Source: Pseudomonadota bacterium
GTDB lineage: Bacteria; Pseudomonadota; Gammaproteobacteria; Enterobacterales; Alteromonadaceae
Reading direction: 5' to 3'
Assembly (NCBI GenBank): GCA_038744645.1
Contig: JBCDMA010000001.1
Coordinates: 1-42,509 of the forward strand
DNA: 42,509 nt
The translations under genes were made by a program, and so were the position numbers. The notes beneath the pieces were generated by a model. The model did no database searches. It saw nothing but the letters and a program-made list of their open reading frames with translations, and was not told the DNA's origin. Shown piece after piece: positions 1 to 10,562 of the stretch; the stretch's first letter is position 1, and each line of letters starts with the position of its first letter.

Positions 1-187
1 AAGCAAACTTATACCTTACAGTGCAAACGGATTGATCTTTTCCTGCGGCAGCGGTGTTACGGCTTGTATACTTGCTCAAGCAGCATATATGGTAGGCATT
101 TCTCCTTTGTATGTTTATGATGGTTCCTGGTCAGAATGGGGATCACGCGAAGACCTGCCAATTTCAAAAGGACACAAATCAACATAA
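1..187 (+). CDS. sseA: 3' end of 3-mercaptopyruvate/thiosulfate sulfurtransferase (rhodanese), partial
   Basis: Hand translation from nt 2 gives SKLIPYSANGLIFSCGSGVTACILAQAAYMVGISPLYVYDGSWSEWGSREDLPISKGHKST*. It has the CGSGVTA active-site loop and the YDGSWSEW rhodanese signature; TAA at 185-187. Confidence 0.9.
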   Translation, partial: SKLIPYSANGLIFSCGSGVTACILAQAAYMVGISPLYVYDGSWSEWGSREDLPISKGHKST

Positions 188-817
188 ATGGGTTTTGAGT
201 TTTCAGTTTTAGCTACAATAGCGCTGATGCACGCTGTGGCAGTCGCTAGCCCTGGTCCAGATTTCGCTATTGTATTGAAACAAGCATTACAACAAGGCCG
301 CAGGCTTGCCATTTACACTAGCATTGGTGTAGGGGCGGGTATCCTCGTGCACGTTGCATATTCAATCTTGGGCATTGGTTTGGTAATTAAAGCCACACCT
401 TGGTTATTTGATATGCTGTTGTATCTTGCTGCTGGTTATCTTGTTTTCATTGGTATAAATGCGTTAAAGAGTGCGAGTCCAGCGAATAGTGACGCTATCT
501 CGCCAAATAATGTGCAACCTATGTCAGCATACAAAGCCTTCACTATTGGGTTTGTAACAAACGGCTTGAACCCCAAAGCAACCATGTTTTTTCTCGCGCT
601 GTTTTCTTTGGCGATACCTTCACAAACTGCACTATCAGTACAACTAATTTATGGTGTTTATTTAGCGCTTGCTACTGCAACTTGGTTTATACTTGTCAGC
701 TTCCTCGCAAGCCACGCAATAATAAGAGCGGCGTATCAGCGCAAAGGGTATTGGTTTGACCGGATCATGGGCGGTGTCATTATATTAATGGCAGTGGTTT
801 TAGTGTTTAGCAACTAA
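188..817 (+). CDS. LysE/RhtB family amino acid exporter
   Basis: 209 aa, hydrophobic; SPGPDF and NGLNPKA motifs. Confidence 0.9.
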   Translation: MGFEFSVLATIALMHAVAVASPGPDFAIVLKQALQQGRRLAIYTSIGVGAGILVHVAYSILGIGLVIKATPWLFDMLLYLAAGYLVFIGINALKSASPANSDAISPNNVQPMSAYKAFTIGFVTNGLNPKATMFFLALFSLAIPSQTALSVQLIYGVYLALATATWFILVSFLASHAIIRAAYQRKGYWFDRIMGGVIILMAVVLVFSN

Positions 818-828
818 CGAAAGATTGA

Positions 829-1554
829 ATGCAGGATTCCCAACTAGACAACCATTTCAATGGTAAATACAAATTCGATATTAAGGAATTGACATCGCGT
901 GCAAGCCAACTAAGCCGTGAAAACACATTTGCAATATTTACATCGCTTGCATTAATGATATCCCTAACCATACTGTTCTGTTTCGTTCTTTTTAGTGTTT
1001 ATGGCATTGAATCGATAGAGCAGCTTGTCACATCGGAAGACAGCGGACTTGCAATTAGCTTTTTGGTTTACAACATTGCTTTAGCACCGATGTGGGGAGG
1101 TATCGCGATGATGGCGCTGTTTAGCGCTCGAGGACAAAAAGCGAATACGCTAATGGTATTTTCCTTCTTCTCTTTTTTGCCGCAACTTGGACTCGTATCC
1201 GTGCTTGTAGACACCTTAGCTCAGTTGGGATTGCAGATGTTCTTCGTACCGGCATTTTATGTGTATATGGCATCGACCTTCATCGTTCCGTTGATCATTG
1301 ATAAGAAGATTCATCCATTTAAGGCAATCGTCTTATCGGTAAAAATGACGAATGCATATCTGTTCCCTATGGCCTTGGTGTACTTGATTTTCTTAGCGCT
1401 AATGATTGCAGGATTTCTCAGCTTATTTATTGGTTTTATTTGGATCATCCCCTTTATCTATAACGTAAAAGCGATACTCTATCATGACCTGTTTTGCGTT
1501 GAATCGACTATTTCGTCAGAGCAAGAAGAACCGACAGACATTTTTAATGCGTAA
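829..1554 (+). CDS. uncharacterised integral membrane protein
   Basis: 241 aa with about 6 hydrophobic segments, in an operon-like array. Confidence 0.7.
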   Translation: MQDSQLDNHFNGKYKFDIKELTSRASQLSRENTFAIFTSLALMISLTILFCFVLFSVYGIESIEQLVTSEDSGLAISFLVYNIALAPMWGGIAMMALFSARGQKANTLMVFSFFSFLPQLGLVSVLVDTLAQLGLQMFFVPAFYVYMASTFIVPLIIDKKIHPFKAIVLSVKMTNAYLFPMALVYLIFLALMIAGFLSLFIGFIWIIPFIYNVKAILYHDLFCVESTISSEQEEPTDIFNA

Positions 1555-2329
1555 ATTCCCTTTTTTCTTGATTGTTGTGTTTGGCTTAACTTCAGTAATG
1601 CTAATTGCTTGGCTGAACAAAAGCCCGCCATATGATGTTAGACATCTGCCTTCTGAGCAGAATGTCACCAGTGCGATCCCGGACTTTGCAACGATTGAGG
1701 ACATCAACGAGAAAAAAACTGCGTATTTTGCGTATTTAGCACCGACAGTTGAAAAACATAATGCTTATTTGCTGCAGGTTCGTTCGTATTTATCCAGATT
1801 AAAGGCTGTATCACAAGTAAACACTTCTTTGACGTCGTCTCAACTTCAGCAGCTGGAATTTCTCGCTCATGAGTATAAAGTTGATATTGAACAACCAATC
1901 GTATCAGTCATAGATGAAATGCTGTTCAAAATTGATATTATTCCGATTGAGTTAGTATTGATACAAAGCGCCAACGAATCAGGGTGGGGGACATCGCGAT
2001 TTGCCCAGCAAGGTTTTAACTTTTTTGGCTTGTGGTGTTTCGTAGAAAATTGCGGATTTGTGCCAATTCGTCGCAATGACGGTGCCAGTCACGAAGTTGC
2101 CAAATTTACTAATTTAGAAGATGCTGTCTATACATACATGAGAAATCTTAACCGTCACCAAGCTTATGATGAGTTGCGTCAAATTAGATATGATTTGCGA
2201 CAACACCAGCAGCAGATAATGGCGAGCCAACTGGTCGAAGGACTAACGCCATATTCAGAGCGAGGCTTAGCTTACATTGAGGAGTTACAGCACATGTTAA
2301 GAACTAATCAGGAGCTGATGCCACTGTGA
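1547..2329 (+). CDS. Bax-like glucosaminidase (GH73-type) with N-terminal anchor
   Basis: QSANESGWGTSRFA, NFFGLWC and YSERG motifs. Start moved to ATG 1547 (MRKFPFFLIVV, hydrophobic anchor), overlapping the upstream stop. Confidence 0.85.
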   Translation: MRKFPFFLIVVFGLTSVMLIAWLNKSPPYDVRHLPSEQNVTSAIPDFATIEDINEKKTAYFAYLAPTVEKHNAYLLQVRSYLSRLKAVSQVNTSLTSSQLQQLEFLAHEYKVDIEQPIVSVIDEMLFKIDIIPIELVLIQSANESGWGTSRFAQQGFNFFGLWCFVENCGFVPIRRNDGASHEVAKFTNLEDAVYTYMRNLNRHQAYDELRQIRYDLRQHQQQIMASQLVEGLTPYSERGLAYIEELQHMLRTNQELMPL

Positions 2330-2967
2330 AGTATATTTGTATAGGGCTTTCGTTTCTCGTGTTGATTGCATGCCATAGTGCAACAGCAAAAGAACTTGAG
2401 CTTGAATATAAAAGTTTTTATAGCCATGTCAGAAAACTAGACAATGATCAGATGAATTTGCTCCAGTTTTCGTTTGGGTTTCAACATATCGAAACAGGCA
2501 AACTGTGCGAAATAAAAACTGCGAGGATCAGCACCCAAAAACAACAGATCCCGATTACTATTTCAAGTGAGAACAGGTTCAATCTACCAAAAGAACGTGT
2601 GCTAAAGCTAGCCGATGCAAAAGTTATTCTCGAGTTGGTTGAAGCGACTAACAAGTGTGACATGTCAGTTCAGCTCGAAACAAAAAATGAGGTACTAAAA
2701 AGCACGTATACGCAACAAGAGCTCACAGCTTTGTTCACGCAATACGCCACTTTTTTTGAAGATATGGGTGGTTTTCTGTCGTTTATGATGCCTTCTGTAG
2801 AAGGGTTAGTTTTTCATTTTGAAGAAGGCGATTATCGCACGTTGAATGATGGATTTGAGGTTTCAAATGGACGATTAGAGATGAACGAACAACAATTAAT
2901 GAGCGTCGAATCACTTGTGCTGAATGAAAAACCGTTACGCATAACCGCGTTAACTCAGTCTTTATAA
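2326..2967 (+). CDS. secreted conserved protein, DUF2987-like
   Basis: Signal peptide, LEYKSFYSH..K and MGGFLSFMMP motifs; GTGA overlap with the upstream gene. Confidence 0.65.
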   Translation: MKYICIGLSFLVLIACHSATAKELELEYKSFYSHVRKLDNDQMNLLQFSFGFQHIETGKLCEIKTARISTQKQQIPITISSENRFNLPKERVLKLADAKVILELVEATNKCDMSVQLETKNEVLKSTYTQQELTALFTQYATFFEDMGGFLSFMMPSVEGLVFHFEEGDYRTLNDGFEVSNGRLEMNEQQLMSVESLVLNEKPLRITALTQSL

Positions 2968-3863
2968 GGGTTGCTGAGTTGGAACTCAATTTGTTCGGCG
3001 AGTCGTTCAACCGCTTCAAATCCTTTTTGGGACAATTCTTCCGCGCGGTGAAACTCCAATAAACCAACATCCAACAACAGCGGCTCTATCAAAATATCAG
3101 GTGGATCGCCCGCTAAACGTGATCGACTTACTCTTGCTTGAAGTATTTCTAACGCAGAACTCATCACACTGACAATACCCGGGGCTTCTAACTTGCCGCT
3201 TTTGGTATTGTCTGAAAACCATTGCTTCATAAAACCTGTGGTATTTTTCTCTAAAAACTCGTCCGTCTTATGTTGATTATTTTCAAGTTCGCTTTCAAAC
3301 CTATCTATCATTTGTGGTCTGAAATCACCAGATAGGTTTACTGCAATCACGAAATCTGCGCCCATGTTTCTGCATTGATTGACGGGTACAGGGTTCACGA
3401 CCGCGCCGTCTATCAACCATCGTCCATCGTGCTCTATCGGCCTAAACAATGCCGGAATAGCACAAGACGCTTTTATGGCTTGATTTATCATCCCTTTGTT
3501 AAAGATAACTTCTTTTCCAGAATACAGATCGGTAGCGACAACCGTGAATTGTTTTTCTGCGTCTTCAAAACTCGGCACACAAAACTCTTCACGGTGCTTT
3601 TCGAACACCTTTTGTCCATTTGCCAAGCCACCGCGCCGAAAGCCAATACCTAGTAATGTGAACACTTGCCATTCTGTCAGCGAAAATGCCCACTCTTCAA
3701 GCTCATTAAGCTTGTCACTGATAAAGGCTCCACCAACGTATGCGCCGATGGAACAGCCAGATACGACATCTATTTTTACACCCAGTTGCTCCAACGCTTT
3801 GATGATACCAATGTGTGCCCAACCTCTAGCAGCGCCGGCACCTAATGCTAAGCCGATTTTCAT
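2955..3863 (-). CDS. rssA: patatin-like phospholipase RssA
   Basis: GAGAARG, GCSIG and DGA patatin motifs; C-terminal RLAGDPPD. Confidence 0.88.
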   Translation of the reverse strand: MKIGLALGAGAARGWAHIGIIKALEQLGVKIDVVSGCSIGAYVGGAFISDKLNELEEWAFSLTEWQVFTLLGIGFRRGGLANGQKVFEKHREEFCVPSFEDAEKQFTVVATDLYSGKEVIFNKGMINQAIKASCAIPALFRPIEHDGRWLIDGAVVNPVPVNQCRNMGADFVIAVNLSGDFRPQMIDRFESELENNQHKTDEFLEKNTTGFMKQWFSDNTKSGKLEAPGIVSVMSSALEILQARVSRSRLAGDPPDILIEPLLLDVGLLEFHRAEELSQKGFEAVERLAEQIEFQLSNPYKD

Positions 3864-3874
3864 CGCAATCCTTT

Positions 3875-4768
3875 CTATTGAATGTTAATTATTTGAACAC
3901 TTTCTTCACTGTCAAGTGTTTCTTCTCGCTGATCAGGCATCTCTGTATCAAATGCTGTATCCCCATTGCTTTCAAAATCAAAAACGGCGTTGAGATGTTC
4001 GAAATTAAAAAGAGATCTATCCAGTAAATGCGAAGGTGTGACATTTTGTATAGCACTGAACATTGACTCTATTCTGCCTGGAAAGTGTGCATCCCAATCA
4101 TTCAACATTTGTTTGATCACTTTGCGTTGGAGATTCTCCTGTGAACCACACAAATTACAGGGAATGATTGGAAATTCCATGGTTTGCGCGTACTTTTCTA
4201 TGTCTTTTTCAGCGCAATATGCCAGTGGCCGAATTACAGTATTAAGGCCGTCGTCGCTCACGAGTTTAGCAGGCATTGATTTGAGTTTTCCGCCATAAAA
4301 CATGTTCAAAAATAAAGTTTCTAACATATCATCTCGATGATGACCCAGCGCGATTTTTGTTGCTTTTAGTTGTGTAGCGGTGCGATACAGTATTCCTCTG
4401 CGCAACCGTGAACACAGCGAACATGTGGTTTTCCCTTCAGGGATTTTGTCCTTGACGATGGAGTAGGTGTCTTCTTCAACTATAACGTATTCAATCGAAA
4501 GCGATTCCAAATAGTTTGGCAAAATATGTTCGGGAAACCCTGGTTGTTTTTGGTCTAGATTTACCGCAACTACAGAAAATGAAATCGGCGCAACGCGCTG
4601 TAAATAAAGTAGGGAGTCTAGCAATGTGTAGCTGTCTTTGCCTCCCGATAGGCACACCATAATGCGGTCGCCTTCTTCAATCATGTTAAAGTCAGTGGCG
4701 GCTTTTCCCGCATTACGTCGAATGCGCTTTTGAAGTTTTTTAAATGAATTGGAGGTTTTAGCAAGCAC
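3875..4768 (-). CDS. ttcA: tRNA 2-thiocytidine(32) synthetase TtcA
   Basis: SGGKDS PP-loop; CSLC and CNLC motifs; GHHRDD. Confidence 0.96.
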   Translation of the reverse strand: MLAKTSNSFKKLQKRIRRNAGKAATDFNMIEEGDRIMVCLSGGKDSYTLLDSLLYLQRVAPISFSVVAVNLDQKQPGFPEHILPNYLESLSIEYVIVEEDTYSIVKDKIPEGKTTCSLCSRLRRGILYRTATQLKATKIALGHHRDDMLETLFLNMFYGGKLKSMPAKLVSDDGLNTVIRPLAYCAEKDIEKYAQTMEFPIIPCNLCGSQENLQRKVIKQMLNDWDAHFPGRIESMFSAIQNVTPSHLLDRSLFNFEHLNAVFDFESNGDTAFDTEMPDQREETLDSEESVQIINIQ

Positions 4769-4905
4769 AGGTATTTACTTCGATATGGCGACGAAAAGAA
4801 TTATATATCATATACCTGTTAAAGTGACACGGCTCCAATAGTATTTATCATAGCCAACGTTTACAGTGGCGTATATCGGGGCAGCCGAATGTGACATAAC
4901 TGCCT

Positions 4906-5808
4906 CTACGCGTCAGCTTTAATAACAAGGGTATCGCAGTCGATTTTGTCGATGATATGCTCAGCCGTATTACCCAAAAATGCAGCACTAAGTCCGGTTC
5001 TGCCGACGGAGCCAACTACTAATAACTCAGCGTCCAACTTCTCACATAATTCGGGAATTACATCTTCTGGCAGCCCTTCATCAACGTGAAGCCTATCCTC
5101 AGTTAAATTTAATGACGTCGCTGTTTCTTTCAATACGTTGAAGTGCTTTTCTTTTATATCCTTATTGTATTCATCCGCTGAAAAACTGGGGACCTCAACC
5201 GCGATATGAACAGGCGCACCCACATAGGTATTAGCAAAATGGAGCTCAGCGTTCAGTGCGTTTGCGATAGATTGACTTGATTTGGTAATGTACATGTTCA
5301 ACCGTTGATGTTCATTGTCATTTGCATCGACACTTAGGGCAGAAACGATTTTCCCGTGGTCTGGCCAATAGTGTGTTTTTACCATTAGCACATTGATGGG
5401 ACTTTCTCGTAATAGATGCCAGTCGCTTGGCGTGAAAAGCTTGTGTCCAAATTTGTCATGCGCTTTGCAAGATTTTACAATTAAATCAGCACCAACCGCT
5501 GTGGCTGATTCGATAATACCGATGTGCAGCTTTCGCTCCCACACAGGGAAAATCTTTACGTCAATATCATCTATCTTGGTCGCGGCTTGTTTGAGTAACC
5601 CCGTTTGTTTCTCTAACAAAGAAAGCTTCAATGATTCGCGTTCGTTAGTTGTCAACATATCAAAACTGTCGTAAGCATCATCGTAAATACAGCTCACGAG
5701 ATATAATTGACAGTCAAGAGAGCGGGCCAGAAAAACAGCGCGTTCAAGTGCAGGTTGTTCGTCAGTGGTGGGATTAAACACGGCGAGTATCTTATTGCAT
5801 TCGAACAT
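4906..5808 (-). CDS. uspE: universal stress protein UspE
   Basis: Tandem USP domains (FTPSDWHLLR, GSVGRTGLSAAFLGNTAE); fnr-uspE-ttcA synteny. Confidence 0.92.
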   Translation of the reverse strand: MFECNKILAVFNPTTDEQPALERAVFLARSLDCQLYLVSCIYDDAYDSFDMLTTNERESLKLSLLEKQTGLLKQAATKIDDIDVKIFPVWERKLHIGIIESATAVGADLIVKSCKAHDKFGHKLFTPSDWHLLRESPINVLMVKTHYWPDHGKIVSALSVDANDNEHQRLNMYITKSSQSIANALNAELHFANTYVGAPVHIAVEVPSFSADEYNKDIKEKHFNVLKETATSLNLTEDRLHVDEGLPEDVIPELCEKLDAELLVVGSVGRTGLSAAFLGNTAEHIIDKIDCDTLVIKADA

Positions 5809-5846
5809 GAGTATCTCCTACAAATTGATATACTCACATTATAATT

Positions 5847-5877
5847 AATGAGGTTGTAAATGCATCACAACCTCATT
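5847..5877. terminator. 11-bp perfect inverted repeat between fnr and uspE (possible terminator or stability hairpin)
   Basis: AATGAGGTTGT-9 nt-ACAACCTCATT; no clear U-tract on the minus strand. Confidence 0.45.
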
Positions 5878-5889
5878 GGTGCAGATCAA
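5876..5889. promoter_or_regulatory. FNR box upstream of uspE
   Basis: Minus strand TTGAT-CTGC-ACCAA, 9/10 match to TTGAT-N4-ATCAA; TATAAT on the minus strand at 5843-5838. Confidence 0.6.
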
Positions 5890-5903
5890 CGAAACGCTAA
5901 AAT

Positions 5904-6641
5904 TTAACTGGCGGCAGTATAGGGGATATCAGATTCCGGTAAGCGCTGGCGCAACCCGTCAAAATCGACAATGCTGATGAGTTTGCCTTCAACTTTGATG
6001 AGGTTTTCTTTTTGGAAACGCGTCAACAATCGACTCACAGTTTCGACTGTTAAACCGAGATAATTGCCAATTTCGTTTCGCGTCATGGTCAGATTAAATT
6101 GTCTTGCTGAAAAACCTCTTTCATCAAAGCGATGTGATAGGTGACTAATAAAGTGCAGAAGTCGTTCTTCAGCGCTTCTTTTACTCAATAACATCATCAT
6201 ATCATGATCATTTTTGATTTCCGCGCTCATAAATTTCATGATTTGTTGTCTGAGTTTTGGATATCGATTAGAAACCTGATCAAGAGTATCGTAAGGTAGT
6301 TCACACACCATGGCAGTTTCTAACGCTTGTACATAGCTTTGATGCGCATTGTCTTTGAGCGCATCAAACCCAATAATATCGCCTGGAAAGTGAAAACCGA
6401 TGATTTGCTCAACACCGTCTTTGTCACTAACGTACGATTTAAAAGAACCGGAGCGCACAGCAAACAAACTGTGAAACTTATCTCCAGCACTCGCAAGCTT
6501 GTCGTGTTTGTGCAGCGGTTTCTTTCGCTCAATAATATCATCAAGTGATTCTAGTTCATTTTTATTGAGTGCTACAGGAAGGCAAAGGTGGCTAAAACTG
6601 CAGCTTTGACAGTGTATCGACAACTCAGGAATTGTAGGCAT
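5904..6641 (-). CDS. fnr: FNR/EtrA anaerobic transcriptional regulator
   Basis: [10 protein letters not shown] plus MVCE [4Fe-4S] ligands; GLTVETVSR helix-turn-helix. Start set at ATG 6641 (MPTIPEL, 245 aa), because the longer ORF overlaps the upstream gene. Confidence 0.95.
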   Translation of the reverse strand: MPTIPELSIHCQSCSFSHLCLPVALNKNELESLDDIIERKKPLHKHDKLASAGDKFHSLFAVRSGSFKSYVSDKDGVEQIIGFHFPGDIIGFDALKDNAHQSYVQALETAMVCELPYDTLDQVSNRYPKLRQQIMKFMSAEIKNDHDMMMLLSKRSAEERLLHFISHLSHRFDERGFSARQFNLTMTRNEIGNYLGLTVETVSRLLTRFQKENLIKVEGKLISIVDFDGLRQRLPESDIPYTAAS

Positions 6642-6664
6642 GGACTTACGATCCGATGAGAAAT

Positions 6665-7336
6665 TTAGATCACTGTACCCTGAAATTGCCGATAAAGCAA
6701 AACAATTGCACTTAACGCTAACAAAAAAGCAACAAATAAGCGAGTCGCTCTTTTTTGCATAATTGGAAGAATAGATTGAAATCCCAAACTGATGAGAATT
6801 AACGCTGGCATTGTCCCTAAACCAAATGCCAACATCATTCCTGCACCCTGGATTGCGCTTTGGCTTGATAGGCTCCACGTTAATGAAGAATATATCAATC
6901 CGCAAGGTAGAAAACCCCATATGGCACCGTATATCATCGCGTGGAAAGGCGTTTTAATTGGGATAAATTTTTTTGATAATGGCTGCACGCGTCGCCAGAT
7001 AATGCTGCCCAATCTCTCTAGATGAGAAAGGCCTTTCCAAATATCACTGATGTAAAAAGCGAGTAAAAACAGAAAACCAATGCTAATGAAATCTAAAATA
7101 GGGAGATCAGTTACATTGGCCGAACTGATAATCGATCCTATGAAGCCGGTAAGTGCGCCCAATATCACATATGTAAGAATACGCCCGGCGTTATATGCCA
7201 ACGTATACACTTCTTTATTTGCATGTTGCGGAGTGGCAAAAGAGAAGGCACTTACAACACCGCCACACATGCCAATACAATGCACACTGCCCGCCAGGCC
7301 GACTAAAAACGCAGCAGCAAATGTTACATCAGCCAT
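6665..7336 (-). CDS. cbb3 biogenesis-associated DsbD_2/TauE-SafE-like membrane protein
   Basis: HCIGMCGG and GFLPCGLIY motifs; follows ccoS. Confidence 0.85.
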   Translation of the reverse strand: MADVTFAAAFLVGLAGSVHCIGMCGGVVSAFSFATPQHANKEVYTLAYNAGRILTYVILGALTGFIGSIISSANVTDLPILDFISIGFLFLLAFYISDIWKGLSHLERLGSIIWRRVQPLSKKFIPIKTPFHAMIYGAIWGFLPCGLIYSSLTWSLSSQSAIQGAGMMLAFGLGTMPALILISLGFQSILPIMQKRATRLFVAFLLALSAIVLLYRQFQGTVI

Positions 7337-7338
7337 GA

Positions 7339-7521
7339 CTACTTGTCGTCGTCGATAGGCTTGTGCTTGTGTTCTTCATCGACATCGTCATCGTACAATA
7401 TCGAATAACCTTGGCGATCTAAATCCTCAAATTGATTGTTCTTTACTGCCCAGAAGAAAATACCTATGGCCAAAGCAACAATAATGACAGCCAATGGGAT
7501 CAGCACAAAAATAATGCTCAT
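7339..7521 (-). CDS. ccoS: cbb3-type oxidase maturation protein CcoS
   Basis: One TM helix then WAVKNNQFEDLD; position after ccoI. Confidence 0.92.
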   Translation of the reverse strand: MSIIFVLIPLAVIIVALAIGIFFWAVKNNQFEDLDRQGYSILYDDDVDEEHKHKPIDDDK

Positions 7522-7529
7522 AATTTCTC

Positions 7530-9953
7530 CTAACGCATCAGACGTGTTGAATTATACACAACGATAACAGAACTAAGCGACATTCCCAAAGCGGCTTGCC
7601 AGGGCGTAAGCCAGCCAATCACCGCAAAAGGGAGGACCAGCAAGTTGTAAGTCAATGCCCAGCCAATGTTTTGCCGAATTTTTGATTTCGTTTTTATTGC
7701 AACAGAAATGAGTTCAATGACAGCGTCAATCTTGGGATTGAGCAGTACAACATCGGCTGCGTTTTTTGCCAGATCAGATGCATTACCTACCGCAATTGAA
7801 ATGTCAGATGCAGCAAGGACCGGCGCATCATTGATGCCATCGCCCAACATGATAAGAGAACGACCATCTTCCTGCTGTTTTTGAACATGGGTTAGTTTGC
7901 CGTCGGGTGTTTTGTTCGGATAGTAATTTTCAATCGATAAAGCATCGGCAACTTTTTTTACGTTTCTTTCATCGTCACCACTGAGTATCGATAATCTATA
8001 TTGATTGAGTTGTTTGATAAGCGCAGGTGCATCCGGTTGTACTGTATCTGTGATCCAGTATTCACATACGATTTTACCGTCGATAGCAAACAATACATTG
8101 CCGTTGTTCGTGGTTGTTGAATCGGGGTCGATGTGTAGATGACTACAAACAAATTTTTTGGAGCCAATCACACATTGGTGTAGATTGGCCGTTGCAACTA
8201 TGCCTTTTCCAATAATGATTTCAAAGGCTTCAACATTGATCTCTTGAGGTTGAGAAGGCGGTTTAAATGCTTTAGCTATAGGGTGTTCAGAACGCTGTTC
8301 AAGTGCGTGTGCCAGCGCATCTATATCGTTCTTACTCAATTTATTGTCCGATGCATCCGACAAATAGTAATCAACGTTTTGAATAGAGAATTCACCTTTC
8401 GTCAATGTCCCAGTTTTATCAAAGACAATATCTGTTGCGTTATTAATCTGTTCTAATGCGTCTGCTCTCTTAAGCAGAATGCCTAATTGATTCAGTTTTG
8501 CCATTGCACATGTAAGTGCAGAAGGCGTCGCTAATCCCAATGCGCACGGGCAGGTTGCTACAAGCACTGATATTGTGATCCAAAACGCTTCCTCATTTCC
8601 TTGCAGAGACCAAAATCCATAAGTCATTGCACTGATCAGTAATACAGCGGAAACAAAATAGCGTGAAAAATTATCCGCCATAATGGCAGCCTTTGGCTTG
8701 TGGCTAATAGCTATCTCTTGCAAACGAAGAATTTGGTTCATCATCGCGAACTTAAGCGAGTTGGTAACTTCTACTTCAATGCTTGATTGTTTGTTTAATG
8801 TACCTGCATAGACTGGGTCATTTATGGATTTAACGACAGGTTCGAATTCTCCCGTTAACATCGATTCATTGATTGCACTGTTACCAGTTAGTACGGTGCC
8901 ATCAATGGGAACTGACTCGCCGGCTTTTACTAGCACTCTATCGTTGACTTTTAGCTGTTTAGCTAACACGGATACCCATTCATTGTCCTGCCATTTTAGC
9001 GCGGTAGCTGGAATAAGTTTGAGCATATTTGATGATATCTCAGTGGCTTTGTGACGAGAGCGATGTTCCAAATAGCGACCTATTAAAAGGAAGAAAATAA
9101 ACATGCATATTGATTCAAAATAGACCTCGCCACCGCCTTTATTTACCGCTAGCACGCCTGCGATATAGGTGGCAAAAATAGCAATGGTCACTGGAACGTC
9201 CATATTGACGGTGCCTGCCTGCACTGCTTTCAGTGCCGATACATAGAACGTACTGCCTGAAAACAGCACTACAGGTGTCGTTAGTAATAAACTGATCGCA
9301 TTAAAATAGCCTGCTGTTTCTGCATCTATGTTGCCGAAAACGTCAAAGTACTGTCCCATTGCAAGCATCATGACCTGCATTGTCATCAACCCGGCTAGCC
9401 CCAGTTTTTTGATATAGGTTTTATCTTCTCTTCGGTAAGAGGCCTCATGCTCATCAGGCTGAAAAGGAAGGCTTTCATATCCCACATGTTTTAAGCGTTG
9501 CAAAATAGACGATAGATTGATTTTTGATTCGTCCCAGGTCAACATAGCGCGCCTCGCTGAGACATTTACCGAGATTTGTCTGACACCTTCAAGCTTCGCT
9601 AACTGTTTCTCAATCAACCACCCGCATGCTGCACAGGTTATTCCTTCTACCGTAAGTTGAATTTGCTTCTCTTTACCGTCGAGTATGACGAATTCTTCTT
9701 GTAACTCTGGCTCGTCATAGACAGCAAGTTTTGCCATTGTATTATCAAGTGCTGCATCACCGCGAGCTGCATGCTCAGTGCGAAATTCGTAGTAGTTCTC
9801 TAATCCATTTGCGACGATTGCGCTTGAGACAGCATGGCAGCCGGGACAGCACATATGGCGGGTAATACCGGCGATGACAACCGAGTATCGATCGCCTTCT
9901 AAATTGGGTAATCCACAATGATAACAATGACCTTCTGCCGTCGCAATGCTCAT
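7530..9953 (-). CDS. ccoI: P1B-type copper ATPase CcoI/FixI
   Basis: CYHC..CCPGC N-domain, GITCAAC HMA, TGE, CPC, DKTGT and GDGIND motifs. Confidence 0.95.
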   Translation of the reverse strand: MSIATAEGHCYHCGLPNLEGDRYSVVIAGITRHMCCPGCHAVSSAIVANGLENYYEFRTEHAARGDAALDNTMAKLAVYDEPELQEEFVILDGKEKQIQLTVEGITCAACGWLIEKQLAKLEGVRQISVNVSARRAMLTWDESKINLSSILQRLKHVGYESLPFQPDEHEASYRREDKTYIKKLGLAGLMTMQVMMLAMGQYFDVFGNIDAETAGYFNAISLLLTTPVVLFSGSTFYVSALKAVQAGTVNMDVPVTIAIFATYIAGVLAVNKGGGEVYFESICMFIFFLLIGRYLEHRSRHKATEISSNMLKLIPATALKWQDNEWVSVLAKQLKVNDRVLVKAGESVPIDGTVLTGNSAINESMLTGEFEPVVKSINDPVYAGTLNKQSSIEVEVTNSLKFAMMNQILRLQEIAISHKPKAAIMADNFSRYFVSAVLLISAMTYGFWSLQGNEEAFWITISVLVATCPCALGLATPSALTCAMAKLNQLGILLKRADALEQINNATDIVFDKTGTLTKGEFSIQNVDYYLSDASDNKLSKNDIDALAHALEQRSEHPIAKAFKPPSQPQEINVEAFEIIIGKGIVATANLHQCVIGSKKFVCSHLHIDPDSTTTNNGNVLFAIDGKIVCEYWITDTVQPDAPALIKQLNQYRLSILSGDDERNVKKVADALSIENYYPNKTPDGKLTHVQKQQEDGRSLIMLGDGINDAPVLAASDISIAVGNASDLAKNAADVVLLNPKIDAVIELISVAIKTKSKIRQNIGWALTYNLLVLPFAVIGWLTPWQAALGMSLSSVIVVYNSTRLMR

Positions 9954-9958
9954 GACGA

Positions 9959-10453
9959 CTACTCGGGGATAAGATCAAAGGGAGCGTTTTGAGGCAGGTT
10001 TATGCGTTGTTGAAGTTTCCATTCTTCATCTATCGGCATAAGACGTAATTGCCATTTGCCTTTGATGTCAAAATCTATATTTGCTCGATAGATACCATAT
10101 GCATCTCTCGTCAGCAAAATTTCTGTATCGCGGTTTTCCAATGTCACATGGAAAAAGTCGAGTTTGAGCGCTGTGCCCACTTCAGGTTTTCCAGATAAAA
10201 ACTCTACCGCAATACTGTCTGAAGATACGTCGACTCTGGTTTTAATATTGAGCTCTTTGGCGGTTTCAATTTTATCGAGCCTGACGTTAATACTTTTACC
10301 TTCTTTATAGTAATCATCAACAACCATTGAATTAGTGCCATCCATTGCAAATGACAAGACAATACTTCCAACGATCACAGAAGAGCAGGGGATCGCAATG
10401 AGAAACCACGGCCAAAAGTGTTTGTACCATGGTTTCATCGTTGAATTGTCCAC
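9959..10453 (-). CDS. ccoH: CcoH/FixH family protein
   Basis: KPWYKHFWPWFLI and VVDDYYKEGK motifs; start is GTG 10453 or ATG 10438. Confidence 0.9.
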   Translation of the reverse strand: MDNSTMKPWYKHFWPWFLIAIPCSSVIVGSIVLSFAMDGTNSMVVDDYYKEGKSINVRLDKIETAKELNIKTRVDVSSDSIAVEFLSGKPEVGTALKLDFFHVTLENRDTEILLTRDAYGIYRANIDFDIKGKWQLRLMPIDEEWKLQQRINLPQNAPFDLIPE

Positions 10454-10494
10454 TTTTCACCTCAGTTAGTTCGATATAACTACTGCTAATTTAT

Positions 10495-10524
10495 AAAAAA
10501 AAGCCCCGAAAAACGAGGCTTTTT
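10495..10524 (-). terminator. intrinsic terminator after ccoP
   Basis: Minus strand AGCCTCG-TTTTT-CGGGGCT running into a T-tract. Confidence 0.8.
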
Positions 10525-10562
10525 CCACACATTCAAGGGCTACAATGCTTCAACGGGTGGAT

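Noticed and set aside
3875-4768. ttcA as a prophage integration hotspot (Rac in E. coli)
   Set aside because: The gene is intact, flanked by core genes, with no integrase or duplicated att seen
6642-6920. 93-aa N-terminal extension of FNR in the ORF track
   Set aside because: It overlaps the DsbD_2-type gene in another frame, and FNR homology starts at ATG 6641
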